This document shows, piece after piece, positions 23,333 through 37,900 of a stretch of DNA of 64,000 nucleotides (position 1 is its first letter; every line of letters begins with the position of its first letter). This DNA comes from Cetorhinus maximus (taxonomy: Eukaryota), in NCBI RefSeq assembly GCF_964194155.1, contig NC_135892.1, positions 29,140,001 to 29,204,000 on the forward strand. The letters are read 5' to 3'. Made by a program: the position numbers and the translations under genes. The notes below the pieces were generated by a model. That model made no database searches. It worked only from the letters and a program-made list of their open reading frames with translations, and was not told the DNA's origin.

Positions 23333-26300
23333 GGGGAAAATTTTCCCCCTGTTGGGGTGGCTGTGCGGGGGTGGGCACGGACCCGATCATCACTCGCAAT
23401 CAGGTCCACACCGCCATTTTACGCGGGTGGGCCAATTAAGGCCCGCCAAGCACACTTCACGACATGTTGGCATTGGTCATTTAGCCCAGCAGGTTGGCTT
23501 ACCCCCTGCTGCCCCCGCCCGCCACCCCCCAAGTCCGAGTATCGTGACTGCATTGAATCATTGACGGCATGTGTCCTTTGCTGGGTGGGCCAGCAGATAT
23601 TGCCCATGCCGAGGGCAGCCTGAGAAGATGGTGAAGAGATAGGATTTGCCCCCGCAGCATCTGTTACACTGAGTCCCACATGACTGGTTTGGGGGGAACC
23701 TGGAGGAGCTGCACTTAGGCGCAGTGTTAGAACTCCAGGACATGTCCTAGCCAGGGTGATGAGATGGTGGGAGGGGAGCTTCAAGGTGGTGTGGCAATGA
23801 ACCATCTGCTGCCTTCTGCGCTCCACATGCTTGCGCCTCCTTGCTATGGAAGAATAGACCGTGTGGTGCCTAATGTGATGTAGGCAGCATGTGTTCAAGG
23901 GAGGTGTGGGGGAGTGGGGAGCAGGCCTAGCATCTTTGTGTTTGTTCAGCAGCAGCGGGGTGAGGAGGCTCCGGAGCCTTGATATGTCCCACTCTGGTTG
24001 GGGTGGGCCTTGCGTGAAGAGAGTCCATGTGCAATTTGCACTAATCAATGCTCATCTCTCATTTTCAGGAGAAGAATGCTCATAACGCGGGAGAGCGTGC
24101 GAGGACTGGCGGCGCCCAGGCGCAGATTGCCATTCTTAGCTGGTTCAAGAAGGAGGCCCTGGATTTGGAGAGGCGCCATGCGCCCAGGTCCACTGGTGTC
24201 AGTGAGGCTGGGGTGCCACGGCAAGGTATTTATGCCCAATAGTGAGGTCAACATTGTTCTCCCAACAACCATAGCAGTGCTGAATGTTAAATGATTTAAT
24301 TTTGCAACATGGCTTGACTATTGCTTATGGAAGGATGAGCGCATAATGATCCGGGGGACAGTGGTGCACTTTGTCATCGTCTCCACGTTAACTGATCCAC
24401 TGTCCTTGTTCTTCCTTTCAGCATCAGCAGAGCAGGGCCAGGAGGAGGGGCAGCAGAGGGCCCCCTCTCACGCCTGAGGGGCCTGAAGTCTCACCAGCGT
24501 CACACTATTTCTGTGAGGCAGGCACCAGTGCAGATACTAGCACCTCGGTGGGAATTAGAACATCGGCTAGTGTCCCGGGGCACAGTGGTGACAGCACTTC
24601 ACAGTCGCTGGAATAGCTGGCAGAGACAGAGAGTGCCCATGGCGCCAGCAGTTGGAGGATTTCAGGGGACCAGGCACATGTTCAGTCGGTGCCTGATGAT
24701 GTGCCTCTGGAGTCGTCCAAGACGCAGCAGGTGCAGGAAATGCGGCCGGGTGTGCGGGAGCATCTGGGGGCGATACATGAGGCTATGCTTGGATTAGTCT
24801 CCATGGTGGAGAAGTCTACGCGGACAATCGCCGAAGCAATGAGCCACATGTCCGAGCGCCATGCATCCTCCATGGAGAGAGCGGCAACTCTCATGGGGAA
24901 GCTCCTCCAGGGAACCCGTCAGGGCTTTGTGGGGATGCGCTCTGACCAGCAAACCCTCATATCGGCATTGACCTCAGATTGTCAGTGCCAGTGTGGGAGA
25001 TGGTCTGGGCATCAAGTTTCCCAGCTCGGTGCCCACCCATCCAAGGTGAGCAGGGAATTCTGAAGCGACATCATGTTGGCACAGCAGCTGCCTGTTGTCT
25101 CTGCGGGCACCTCTCAGGGCGCTCCAGATGAGGGTGGCACCTCCTCCGCCCCTTTCCCAGTAACCATGGCATCCGGTGAGGCTGCGACGACTGGGGAGGT
25201 GCCAGCTGTGGAATTGGCAGCTCCCTCCCATAGGCTCCACGCTCCAGAGGACGACCGCCAAGGTCATCGAGGCCAACAGGACAGCAAAGTGAGCAGGCTG
25301 TCTCAGATGCCACTCCGAGCGATGGGGCAGCACCAAGACGCATCATCCGGAAATGAAAACATAAGGCACCTTAGGCACACCACGGGTTTTTCACTGGTGC
25401 TTTTTTGTTAGCCCGAGATGAGGCCCTTATGATTTCTTCTGATTTGTAACACGTGAGCCACCTTCTGAGGTGATAGCCCTTGTCACCCAGCAGCCACCCC
25501 TCAAGCCAGGCTGGAGCACTGAAAAGCCCCGGCACCTGAGAGTGTCTGAGGATGTAAGCGTCGTGGGAGCTGCCTGGATACCTTGCACAGACTTGTAAAG
25601 TCAGCATCCTGTGATCACAAAATATCTGCACGTTCCTGGAGTGGAATCCCTTCCTGTTGACAAAGGCACCGGGCTCACCTGCTGGCGCCTTGATGGCCAC
25701 ATGTGCGCAGTCTATAGCACCCTAGACGCGGGGGAAATCAGCAATCGCTGTGAAGCCTCAGGGTCACTGTGTCTGGCTTGCCTGGTCGCAGCGGAAGTGG
25801 ATGAATGTCAGTGCACAGCTGAACAGAGCATCTGTAACCTGCTTGACACAAGTGTGGACTGCTGACTGGGAGACACCGCAAAGTTCACCCACCGAGCCCT
25901 GGAAGGAAACAGAGGCATAGACGTTGAGGGCAGCTGTGACCTTCAGAGCCACTGGCATGGGGTGTCCACCCACACAGTTAGCGGAGATCTCAGGCCCAAT
26001 CATCTGACAGATATAATTGACTGCCTCCTTTGAGTGACGGAGCCTCCTTTGGCACTGCTTCTCAGACATATTGAGGTAGCTGCTTCGCCGCCTGTATACA
26101 CTGGCAGCAGGATATTGGCATCTTTTGCGCCCCTTCCGCCTTGGTCTATCTCTTGGCCCTGCGCCCCTTGTGCCTGCGCCTGACCTCCCAAAGGTGGCTG
26201 CCCTGGAGGCTGAATGTGCACTCATGCCCTCCTCCCCCTTCTAGCCCTCCCTTTCTCCTCAGCGAAGCTACCTCTGTTGGACAGTTCAGTTCCCATTCCC

Positions 26301-26770
26301 AGGATAAGGGAAGGCTTCCTGAAACCTGCGGACCCAGAAAAGATTCCTCACTGCAGAGTGCTGGCCTGAAGGTTAAGAATCCAGACAAAGCAGTGGGAAT
26401 GCGTTTTGAAGCACTGCAGATCACACAGGCAAGTTTCAATAACTTTGAAAAATATATACTTGACAGGGCACACTCGCGACCCCAGTGAACCCTCTTATCC
26501 CGCCCGTGGATGAGATTTATACAAATCTCTCCTACCCACCTGCCCGTTGCACCCGTGCGCTGACCCGAAGATTCCACCGGTGTCGAAAAGTCGGCGTCGA
26601 TTGGTGAGTCAAGGGCCTTAAGTGACCTGTTAATTAATGGCGGGCGCGCAGCGGATATCATCGCGCACCCGCCCAACGAAATATCGTGATGGCGCGCAGT
26701 GACGTCGGGACGCTCGCCTGACATCATCGCGCGTCATTTTACCCACTAATTCAGAGGGAAAAATACTACC
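23333..26770 (-). mobile_element. Decayed PIF/Harbinger DNA transposon, copy A (transposase on minus strand, Myb/SANT-type gene on plus strand, convergent)
   Basis: Contains a HARBI1-like transposase remnant and a spliced Myb-type gene remnant (exon 24069-24225 EKNAHNAGERARTGG, next exon from 24422). Both subterminal regions match the MITEs at 14446, 15279, 41085 and 46661. Confidence 0.85.
25450..26296 (-). pseudogene. Harbinger DDE transposase pseudogene (copy A), C-terminally deleted
   Basis: Motifs [28 protein letters not shown] and WLLGDKGY, with in-frame stops and frameshifts. Ends after RRWLT. Confidence 0.9.
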
Positions 26771-27599
26771 TGTTTCATCTTGAATTCAGAGTCTAGATGG
26801 GGTTTCTTTAGGGTTTACCTGTTACCCCAAGAATGCTACTTTAGTCTGTAATTCGTAAAATCCTTTCTTGTTTATTTACAGTTATATACATCTCTACATG
26901 AGGTTGCACTTCAGCTTTCCACTAGATCTCAATTTTTTAATCATGTGACACAGCATCATATTTACATCAGTTATTACATCGGTCAGGTGCTCCTGATGAT
27001 AACCCTTTAATCTACCCGACACATTGAGCCGAGGAAATCAGTGGAAAAAAAGCCCAAGTCTACTGGACCCCATGGAACAGTATCCCAGCTGGCGTCAACA
27101 TCCTCAGGATGAGGGGAACATATTAGCAGAAGAGAATATATGCAAAGCCTCATCCCTTTCAAATTTATTTTTCACGTTTCAATCATCCAAAATGTGCACG
27201 ATCTACGCCTATATAAGTACATGTATCGGTATTAGGATATTATATGAATAGCAAATGATGATTTGCATATGCATATTGAGTTAATTCGAAAATAGGCTTT
27301 TCCCCTTTGACTCCTAACCATAAATTCCATCTTTACAAAACTAGGAGAGGAGAATTAATATGTTAATTAGGCAGCATTTTAATAGGTCATGATAATTACA
27401 ATACTGTTAAAATCCCCCTAAATCTCTTAAGTGCTGCCTTTATGAAATTTGGAGAGTGAAGATGATCAAGTATATAGTAAATTATGAAAAGTAAGTTAAC
27501 AATTCTAAATAAATTGTAACTAATTATGATCATATTTTTAGCAGTGCCCAGTGGAACAGAAAAACATTCCTAAGTACCTGTTACCCAGATGAGCACTGC

Positions 27600-30500
27600 T
27601 GAAGGCCTATCAGATTTATCCAATGAGTGGCTGACCTATGTAAATGACAAATGGCCGGGTAGCCTCTTGAGTTTCAGCTTCAATGGCAGAGGCCACACTT
27701 TGGGTCAGAACGGAACCAATCGCTCTCTTACCATCCAGCATCCCTGTTGGAGTGCGTGTGTTCAAGTGTGAGTGAGGACAGGAGCTAGCTCAGTTGAATA
27801 CAGCATGACTTGGAGAATGAGCAGAGGGTCTAAAGAGCAGGACAGGCAGCTGTAAGAGGAAGGAGGGAGGGAAAGACTCAGCAGGAGAACACATCTGTCC
27901 AGATCATTCATGGAGCATTTCTCCTACTTGAACCTCAGTAAGGAACAATGTGTCAAATATCTGCACTTCCACAGAGAGATCTTCACTGAAATCTGCCACC
28001 TGCAGTGATCACAACTGCAACCTTAAAGCAGGGCAAGGACTACATTGCCAGTGATTGTGAAGGTGATTGTGACCATGATTTTTTATGTATTTGGCTTCTT
28101 CTAGGCTGGAATTGGAGGTCTTTGCAACATCTCACAATTTGCCATCCACTGTTGCATAATGAAGATCACTGATCCTTTCCATTCATTGAGAACTAATTTT
28201 TTATTTCATTCTCACTTACCAGAGAGAAACATGCTGAGCAAGAACATGGTTTTTCTAAGATTGCAGACTTCCCCATGCTGCAGGGTACTATTGACTGCTT
28301 GCACATCACTTTGTGGGCACTGCCTGTCAACTCTGTGCTATACTGCACCAAGCTGGTATCCAGCTGGTGTGTGACTATAGGCAGAGAATCATGCAGGTCA
28401 ATGCCTGGTATCCTGACAGCAATTATGATGCCTTTGTTCTGTGATAGTCCACTATATCAGCTGCACTTGAGCTACCATAGCAAACCAAAGGACATCTACT
28501 GGGCCACAGGAGCTATTTGCTGACCACATGGTTGATCACTCTGGTGCACAATCACACACAGGTGAACAGCATACATACAATGAAAGCCATGGTGCCACTG
28601 AAAAATATGATAAAGCAGACCATTGGTGTGCTGAAATAACACTTCCACTGCCTGGGCTACTGTGGAGGAATCCTGCCGTACTCAGCACAGCGCATGTCAA
28701 GGTTTGTCATGATCTGCTGCATGCCGCACAACCTCTCCACCATGAGGGCACAGCCCTTACCAGCAGCTATACAGTAAGCTGCTCAGGACCAGAAGCATGA
28801 GGAGGAGGAGGAGAAGCAAAAGGATGAAGGCAACCTAGACACCTCTTTCTGCCTGGGTTGTTCATGAAGAACTCATCCAAGTGCAATACCTGTAATCCTG
28901 ACCAAATTCCCCATTCACCAACAATCCTACACCTTACCTTCCCTGTGTCACTGACCTTCAAAGCATCTGAATGGCCACAATGTGAAATTAAAAGCCACCA
29001 CAAAATAAATATTCCATACCAAATTTATAAGTAATGTCATTCGATGTTGCATCCAAAAATCAACCTTGTGCATTCCCTTACTCTCTGTCTTGTGTGTGCC
29101 TTTTCCTGTCCTACTGTTGGCTGTAACAGTAACAGTGTCAGCTGTGGCTCAGTGGCCAGCATTCTTGCCTGACTCAGCAGGTCATGAATTAAAGTCTTAC
29201 TCCAGAGACTAGAGCAAAAAATCTAGGCTGACACTATTGTACTAAGGGAGTGCTGCAATGTCAGATGTGCCTTTCTTCAGATGAGTTTGTTAAACCAAGT
29301 CCCTATCTGCTCTTGCAGGTGATCACATAAGATCCCATGGTACTATACCACAGAATATTTATTAATATTAATCTCCCAATCAACATCACTAAAACAGGTT
29401 ATATGGTTATTATTATATTGTTGCTTTCAGGAGCTTGTGTACAAGTTGGCTGCCATGATTCCTACATTACAACAGTGACTACACTTCAAAAGTATTTCTT
29501 TGGCTATGCTTTGGAGTAATGAAACGCGCTATAGAAATGAAAGCCCTTCTTTATAGTGGTCCTACTCCATTGCCTGCAGCATGACTTGTGGAAGATTGCT
29601 GAATTCCAATGTAGGAGACCTTGGAGATGCAGATGGCCTTGGAGGATGACCTCAAGCAATTTTAGACCTCAAAGGCCCAGTTGTGGACTGCACCATCTTG
29701 GCATGAACATCAGCGTGGGCTGGCTGGCTGACAGGCAATAACAAAGGGTCTGGCAGAGTGGCAGGAGTGGAATGTCGAATGCTGTCCTCCTGAGAGAAAA
29801 CAGCAGGTTCATGCTCCACCAAGCCATTGCCAGCCCATCCCCCACCCCCACTCCCCCCAAGGGTTAGCACCTCACTAATGCTAGTAATCAGTTGGAGAAC
29901 AGTTTGCTGGACTGCTGTGACACCCTGCAAGCCCCTTTCCACATTAATTCACAACCACCTTTCTAGAGGAAGTTGCTTGTGCTGAGAAACTGACCATAAG
30001 GCAGGATCCACAAGTGTGCTGAAGGAATTGGATACTTTTTCCATGCTTGAAAGAATGAACTCCAAGCTCTGAAAAAAAACCGCATGCCAAGTTAGTGCTA
30101 GACTCCTCTGTGCCCTTTGACATTGAGCACAGGCTTTCTGGCAAGCTTCCCAATGCACCAAGCATTTTGTAATGTATATCCATCAGCATTTTTCTGTATG
30201 TTGCCCCATCAAAATGTTCAACTGAGTCCCCTGCAGCAGAACCCTTGTGCAACTTCTGGTTGCTTGCACTGTCCTTCCCCTCTACCCTGGCTGCAGACCA
30301 CTCGTGCCCAATGTCTCACCGACTGCAGTCCCTGCCTGTATGCTATTCTCTAAAGTGTGGCACAGTGCCAGTAACTGAGTTGGTGGCTGGAAGTGACAGT
30401 TGCTGTGCCTTCTTCATCACTGCCTTTTTGCTCCTCTTCCAGTGTCTAGTTGCACCTGTTGGGTCTCTAAAAGGAGAAAGACACAAGGGTAATGTTGTGG

Positions 30501-31593
30501 TATGGTGGCAAAAGTAAGAGGTGCATGCTTGTACCATCTGCAGCTTGTAAATCAGAAAACAGTGTGGGATGAGGAGGAGGTGGGATGTAAGAAGAGGATT
30601 AGGTGTGAGAATACCATCACCTTTGATGGCTTCAGCACCTTCCCTGGCCATGGTCTCAGCAAAGATCATCCTAATGATGGCCAGTACCATCTCCTGCATA
30701 GGATCAGGACATGCCAGTTTACCTGTCCCATTCCAATTAGCTCCTGCTGCCTCTGGTCATGTGCTACCTTGACGTGCAGAAGAGAGGGAAGTGTGTCAGC
30801 GAGTGTTGTGCAATTTGTTTGGCTGATGTGGGTGTCATTGTTGAAAAGTTGGCAGTGTGTGCACATTGTGGGATGTGGGTGTGATGCTTTAGCCAGTGCT
30901 TGTCGTGGGCACGGTATAGTAACTGAATGTTAGGTATGAGTCCTGATTGGTAGAGATTATTAGTAGAAAAGTGATGGTGGTGTAATGAACTAAGCAGTAT
31001 CTGAGGCCCATGGTGTAGTTGTTTGGATGTGGCATTTGAAGATGCATTCACTGACCTTGACCACTCATGTAAGGTCACTGATCTTCTTGCTGCAATTCAT
31101 CTAGGTACTCAAAGCTTGGCATTGACCTCCACAGCTACCTGCTCCCTCTGCCTTCTGAGCATGTGTTTGGAGGGTCACCTGAACCCCTGCAGATACTGAC
31201 ATCTCTCCTGCTGCATGACTCCTCCTCCAAGGCCTCCATCGCAGCATCTGAAAACCTTGGAACCAACTCTTCCACATTGTGCCATTCTTATGTCTTCCCC
31301 AGGGAAAAATCAGTTAGAGAACAACTTCCAGCATCTGCTCCTGCCACCTTGCACCTCCCCTTAAAGAGACACAGACTGTCTTTATGCATTGAATGCTTAG
31401 CTTTAAATGGTTGTAGCCAGTAAAGATTGTGGGGCCCCGCTGAGGCATGGTTAGCACTAGCTGCACATTGCAATCACGTTAATCAACAGGCAACACAAAG
31501 TTGGGCATGCTGCCTACATCACATTGAACAGCATGGCTTAATCGCACAGCACAGTCCTTGTGTCAAATTTCAGGGGCAATGGAATTTGGCCCC
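27600..31593 (+). mobile_element. Older decayed Harbinger transposon, copy C (second family)
   Basis: Plus-strand transposase remnant (ADFPMLQGTIDCLHI near 28262, YNESHG near 28575). Minus-strand Myb/SANT gene starts at 31285 with MAQCGRELVPRFSDAAMEALEEE. Right terminus resembles aatttggccc; left boundary is uncertain. Confidence 0.7.
29140..29552 (+). mobile_element. Deu-domain SINE inserted in Harbinger copy C
   Basis: A-box tggctcagtgg; core gggagtgctgcaatgtcaga; tail cctacattacaacagtgactacacttcaaaagta...gcgctatagaaatg. Confidence 0.8.
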
Positions 31594-31599
31594 CGTACT

Positions 31600-31948
31600 C
31601 TTCGACTACACATGTGGCATGTTCTTTGATCTCTTCTGTTCTATAACCTCTCCCTTCCCTAACTCTGTAACCTACACCAGCCCTACAACCCTCCAAGATC
31701 CCTGCGCTCCTCTTATCCTGGCCTCTTGTGCATTCCCAATTTCCATTGCTCCACCATTGCTAGGTGTACCTTCAGCTGCATAAGCCCTAAGCTCTAGAAT
31801 CCCCTCCCTAAACTTCTCCAGCTCTCTACCTCCATTCCTTTAAGACACTCCTTATGGCCATCTGTCCTAATAGCACCTATGTAATGCTTGTATAAGTGTC
31901 TAGGAATACTTTACTATCTTAGCAACAATATATAAATGCAAGTTGCTA
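31600..31948 (+). mobile_element. L2-type LINE 3' fragment
   Basis: Reverse complement of the same family, ending tatataaatgcaagttg. Confidence 0.6.
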
Positions 31949-32389
31949 TTCCTCATATACCAGTTTGTACCATATTCCACACTGATTCTGTGATCTATCC
32001 TTTTTGACATTCTTCTTTCCATGTGGGATATGTTTCTGGATAAATTTCTCAAAAACATCCTTCTTTATATTGTTTGGCTGGCTGGCCTGAGGAGGTACAT
32101 TGACAGCCTGTTATCAGATAGTTGCCAGTCAGTCAGACAGCCTCACTGTCAGTCAAACAGCCTTTTATAACAAATAAGCAAAAGTGTTCAAAGGGAATTT
32201 AAAACAGAACACAATAGTTAATGCCTCTGATTTTTCTCCAGAGTTGTTTGCAGCAGTGATCTCAGCACTTCATTTTCAGGCCACTCCCAGGCAATGCTGG
32301 AGAGTCTCGGGGGGTCGGTGGGGGTGCGGTAGGGAATAAGGCTGTCTTAGTTATGAGAAGGGGGCTACGAAGGGACAGCAATGGGTTGA

Positions 32390-32590
32390 AATTCTTCAGT
32401 GGACCTGCTCTTCTTCAAAATAATGCCTTGAGATCTTTTACACCCACAAGAGTGCAAAAGTGCACCCAAAATACTGCACCTCCAACAGTGCAGCACTCCT
32501 CCAACGCTGTACTGGAGAATCAGATTCAATTTTGTACTCAAATCTCTGCAGTGGACCTTGACTAAGAGGTGGGAATGCTGTCATTCAGCA
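32390..32590 (-). mobile_element. Deu-domain SINE fragment
   Basis: gcacctccaacagtgcagcactcctcc core complement. Confidence 0.5.
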
Positions 32591-34971
32591 TGGCTTTTTG
32601 TCATGTTTAAGCAGTCTCACACCTGTTGCAAGCAGGTGGGTTTCTTTCCACTTACAGGCCCGCCTGAAAATTTCATCAGGCTGGCTTTGGGTATCAATCA
32701 GGTGGCCGAAATCCCCCCACCCTTCCAACCATTCATTCTTCAGGCACAAAGCAGGTTGCCAACATTTGAAAACTGCCCCCAAATGCCCAAGTCTGCATTT
32801 AAATATCCTTGGGGGATTGAGAGCTTGTGTTACTGTTTTCACCATCCTCTAGTTTTGTTTGAACGGTAATATGTGAGCTCCCCCAGGTGGTTTAGTTAAC
32901 AAATGAGTTACTTGGTGTGGATCTGAACCAGGCCAGAAGATTCCAGCTTCAATTCCAATCTTTTGCTGCTTTAGCTAATCCCAAGCAGGGGAGAAGGAAT
33001 GATGTTACAACTGGCTAAAGCAACCCTAGGCTAAACAGGGTTTGTGAGGGTGGAAGCTATTCAGAGTTCTTATACCCGAAAATTCCCTGCTGGTAAGTGT
33101 GTCTGGATGGTAAACATTTCAAGATTATCTTCGAGCCCTTGAATAATTAAAGATTAATCTCCACGTCACTGAGCAGCTCTGGAGAAAAATCAAAGGGGCT
33201 TTAAAAGTTGTGGGTTTTTTTTCATTTTCTTCGAACCTTTTTATTAATTGATTGTAAAAATATTGTGGGTGGGTTTAAAAAAAGACTATTTGATTTGCAA
33301 TCAAGAATCATACAATCAGTTTCTGAGAGCTGTTCACTTTCCAGCTGGCATGGGAATGTTGTGCCCTGTGAGGGTAGTTTTGTGGGGTGACCAATGGCTG
33401 GGTTGTGGGAGCTGGAGGTTAAGGCGATGAAACATCCAAGAATACATCCAACCAGTTTTGGGTCCAGGTATAATTTCTCCATGGTGGAATTGTTTGCCGG
33501 CAGTCATTGCTTGGGTCCATTTGGACCAAGTATTGAAGGGCTGCCCTCTTGTGGGATCATACCCACTCCCAGAAATATTTGACAGAGCAAGGAAAGAATA
33601 CTGAGGGCAGGGAAACAGTAAAATGTCAACTTAAGTGACACAATGCAAATGACAAATACAAGCTAAACACTGCTCAACAGGAATTCAGTAAAAGAAAAAT
33701 AATAACAACTGAGTGATTATCATGGAAACCAACATCCCCTCTGGTTTCAGAACAGCCAGAATTGCATGTTTCGCTTCATGTTTCTGTATCGTCAAAAAGG
33801 GAACAGGTGTCTCTATAGAGAACTGATTCCTAATGACATGAAAGTGTTCAAGTGTGTGTGAATGAGGGAGGAAGCCTTATAAAAATGGAATACCTTAAAT
33901 AAAAATAACCATAAATCGACTGCATAGAAAATGTTTAAGGGACTTATGATTACAGCCAACAGCAGTTGCCATTGACACTACATAATTGGGCTAAATCTGG
34001 AAGGCTTGAAAGAGTGCCAGAAAGAGTGAACTAAAAGATCATTGATCACTGAAGGCTGTTAAGAATAAATAGCAGAGAGATTCTGACATCAGGCCCAAGT
34101 ACACACAGACACACATAAAACTAACATTAACTCATTCCTGCTCTGATAGACAAAGTTCTAGAAAGTGAAATGGCAGCAGCCAATACAATATCACATCAAC
34201 ATGAATGCTTTTTGGGCTTAATGACAATATACTAAAGAAAATCAGTTAACAAAATAAAACATGGCTGAGAAAGGTGGGAGGAGACATTAACTGGTGCTGG
34301 CAATCCAGTGGCACAGTGAGGGAGCAGAGCAAGATTCCTTATCCCCTGAAATGATTTGTTCAGATCCACCCATTTGGCGCATATACTATTTGTTGACTTC
34401 TACTTGCCCTATCAACTGAGGAAACCAAAATGCCTGTCTTCCATACCCTATCAATGAGGAAGGGGCTGGGGGTGGGGAAGGGACAGGCACATATCAGGGG
34501 AAGCAAAATGGGAATCCAGTGAGAGAAATGCAAAATGTACTGTGAATGGCAGGAGCTGAAAATACATCGCGACTGTTTGCATGCAGGGCAGAAATTTTTA
34601 CGTAGGCAGTTTAATTTGGAATTGTTGGCATTTAAGCATTACCAAAAATAGGAAGTAAAGTTTCCTTTCAGGAAACACGCATAATAAACAAGCCCCTTAA
34701 TCAATTACAGATTCATATTGGTATGGAAATAGGCTATCTCTTTTTTTTTGTAAAAATATACTTTATTCATAAAAAATCTTCAATCACATTCCAAACCATT
34801 TCAAAAACAACATTACAAGGGTACAATCCAGGTTAAACTTTTACAAAATGTATCACCAGGTGCATCAGTACAAACAATATTACAATCATTTACAGCCTTT
34901 CATTTTGATCTGTACAGCCCGAGGGGCTCTAAACAGTTCCCAGTCTCTCGGTGCGCTGTGGTAGAAAGGTC

Positions 34972-37900
34972 TTAGACAGCGACCCTTCCCCATTGCGCCT
35001 TTGCGGCAGCTGCCCCAAGCTTTAGTGCGTCCCTCAGCACGTAGTCCTGGACTTTGGATTGTGCCAGTCCGCAACAATCGGTCGGGGACAACTCTTTGTG
35101 CTGGAAGACCAACAAGTTTCGGGCAGACCAAAGCGCGTCTTTCACCGAGTTGATGATCCTCCAGCTGCAGTCGATGTTTGTCTCGGTGTGTGTCCCTGGG
35201 AACAGCCCGTAGAGCACAGAGTCCTGTGTCACAGAACTGCTCGGGATGAACCTCGACAGCAACCACTGCATCTCTCTCCAGACTTTCTTTGCAAAGGCAC
35301 AATCCACAAGGAGGTGAACAACGGTCTCTTCCCCACCACAGCCACCTCGAGGGCAACGTGCAGAGGGGGTGAGACTCCTGGCGTGTAGGAAGGATCTGAC
35401 GGGGAGGGCCTTTCTCACCACCAGCCAAGCTACGTCTTGGTGCTTGTTGGAAAGTTCTGGCGATGAGGCATTCTGCCAAATGACTTTGACAGTCTGCTCG
35501 GGGAACCATCCCACAGGGTCCACCCTCTCCTTTTCCCTCAGGGCCTCTAGGACGTTACGTGCTGACCACTGCCTGATGGACTTGTGGTCAAAGGTGTTTT
35601 TCTGCATAAATTTTTCCACCAGGGACAGGTGGTACGGCGCGGTCCAACTACTTGGAGCGTTCCGCGGCAGCGTGGCCAGACCCATCCTTCGCAACACCGG
35701 GGACAGGTAGAACCTCAGCACGTAGTGACACTTGGTGTTTGCGTACTGAGGGTCTACGCACCGCTTGATGCAGCCACACACAAAGGTGGCCATCAGTATG
35801 AGGGCGATGTTGGGCACGTTTTTTCCCCCTTTATCTAGAGGCTTGTACATCGCGTCCCTGCAGACACGATCCATTTTCGACCTCCAGATAAAGCGGAAGA
35901 TGGCTCGAGTGATCGCCGTCGCGCAGGAGTGTGGAATGGGCCAGACCTGCGCCACGTACAGCAACAGCGAGAGTACCTCACACCTGATGACCAGGTTCTT
36001 ACCCGCAATGGAGAGGGAGCGTCGCTCCCACATGCCCAGTTTCCTTTTCACCATAGCCACTCGCTCCTTCCAGTTTCTAACGCATGCCCCGGTCCCTCCG
36101 AACCATATCCCCAGCACCTTCAGGCCGTCAGCCCTGACAGTGAAGGGGACAAAGGATCGGTCAGCCCAGTTCCCAAAGAACATGGCCTCGCTCTTCCCAC
36201 GATTTACCTTGGCTCCCGAGGCCAGTTCGAACTGGTCGCAGACGTGCATCAGTCTGCGCACCGACAGCGGATCCGAGCAGAAGACGGCGACGTCGTCCAT
36301 GTACAGGGAGGCTTTTACCTGAGTGCCTCCACTGCCTGGGATCGTCACTCCTCTTATGCCCGGATCCTTCCTGATGGACTCGGCAAAGGGTTCTATGCAG
36401 CACACGAAAAGGACAGGCGAGAGAGGACAGCCCTGCCTGACTCCAGATTTAATCGGAAAGCTATCTGTTTCCCACCCATTGATTGAGACTGCGCTACTGA
36501 TGTTAGTGTAGAGCAGTTGGATCCAATTTCGAATTCCCTCCCCAAACCCCATTTTGGAGAGCACATCCCCCATGTAGGTGTGCGATATTCTGTCAAAGGC
36601 CTTCTCCTGATCCAAGCTGATGAGGCAGGTATCCACACCCCTGTCCTGTACATAGGCAATCGTATCCCTGAGCAGCGCCAGGCTGTCAGAGATCTTCCTG
36701 CCTGGCACAGAGCAGGTCTGGTCAGGGTGAATCACCAATTCCAGAGCGGATTTGACCCGGTTGGCGATGACCTTGGACAGAATCTTATAGTCCACATTCA
36801 ACAGTGAAATGGGTCGCCAATTTCTAATTTCCTCCCTTTCCCCCTTGTGCTTGTAGATGAGGGTGATGATGCCTTTCCTCATGGATTCTGACATGCTGCC
36901 GGCCAGGAGCATACTCTCGTACACTTCTAGCAGGTCTGGGCCGATCAAGTCCCACAGAGCCGAATACAACTCCGCCGGCAGGCCGTCGCTTCCGGGGGTT
37001 TTACTCTTCTCGAAGGACTCGAGGGCCTTAGTCAGTTCGTCAGGAGTTAGCGGTTTGTCTAGGCTCTCCCGCGTACTGTGGTCTAAGACCTCCGTGATAG
37101 AGGACAGGAAGGACTGGGAGGCCGTGCTGTCCGTGGGCTTCACGTCATACAGACCGGCATAAAAGGATTTGCTGATCCTCAGAATGTCGGACCGTGATGA
37201 CTTTACTGAGCCGTCTTCTTCCTTCAGGCTGCTGATCACAGAGCGCTCTCTGTGTACCTTTTGGAAGAAGAAACGTGAGCACGTCTCATCCTGCTCCACG
37301 GAGCGGACTCTGGAACGGAAGATGATCTTGGAGGCCTCCGAGGCAAAGTGCGAGGCTTGCTGGCCCTTCACCTCTTGGAGCTCCTCCTTGACATCGACCC
37401 CCATCGACTGCAGCCGGAGCAGATTCTGCATCTTTTCCTGGAGTCGGGACATTTCCCTCTGTTCCTTTCTAGCTTTCTGGGTGCCTTTGCGGATGAAAAA
37501 CCTCTTGATGCTTCCCTTGATCACTTCCCACCAGTGTGTCAGGGACTCAAAGAGGGGTTTCACGGTTCTCCAACCTTTGTAATCCCTCTTGAGCTCCTCA
37601 ATGTTCTCTGGGGTCAGCAGTTGCACATTTAGCTTCCATGCCCCCCTGCCCACCCTCAGGTCTTCCTCCAAGTGGCAGTCCGCCAGTAGGAGGCAGTGGT
37701 CAGAGAAGAACACCGGCTTGACCTCGGTGGATCTGACTGTGAATGCACGGGACACAAACAGGAAGTCTATCCTGGAACGAATGGACCCGTCTGGCCGCGA
37801 CCAGGTGTATCTACGCTGCGCTCCGTCTGCAGGGTTGCTGAAGACGTCGTGCAGCTTGGCATCCTTAACTGTTTCCATCAGGGATCTGGACGTAGCGTCC

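Noticed and set aside
33248-33430. Peptide YNQF...GMLCP...LGCG superficially recalling Parkin exon 9
   Set aside because: Spacing and the conserved YGAEECVLQMGGVLCP motif do not match, and there are no suitable splice sites.
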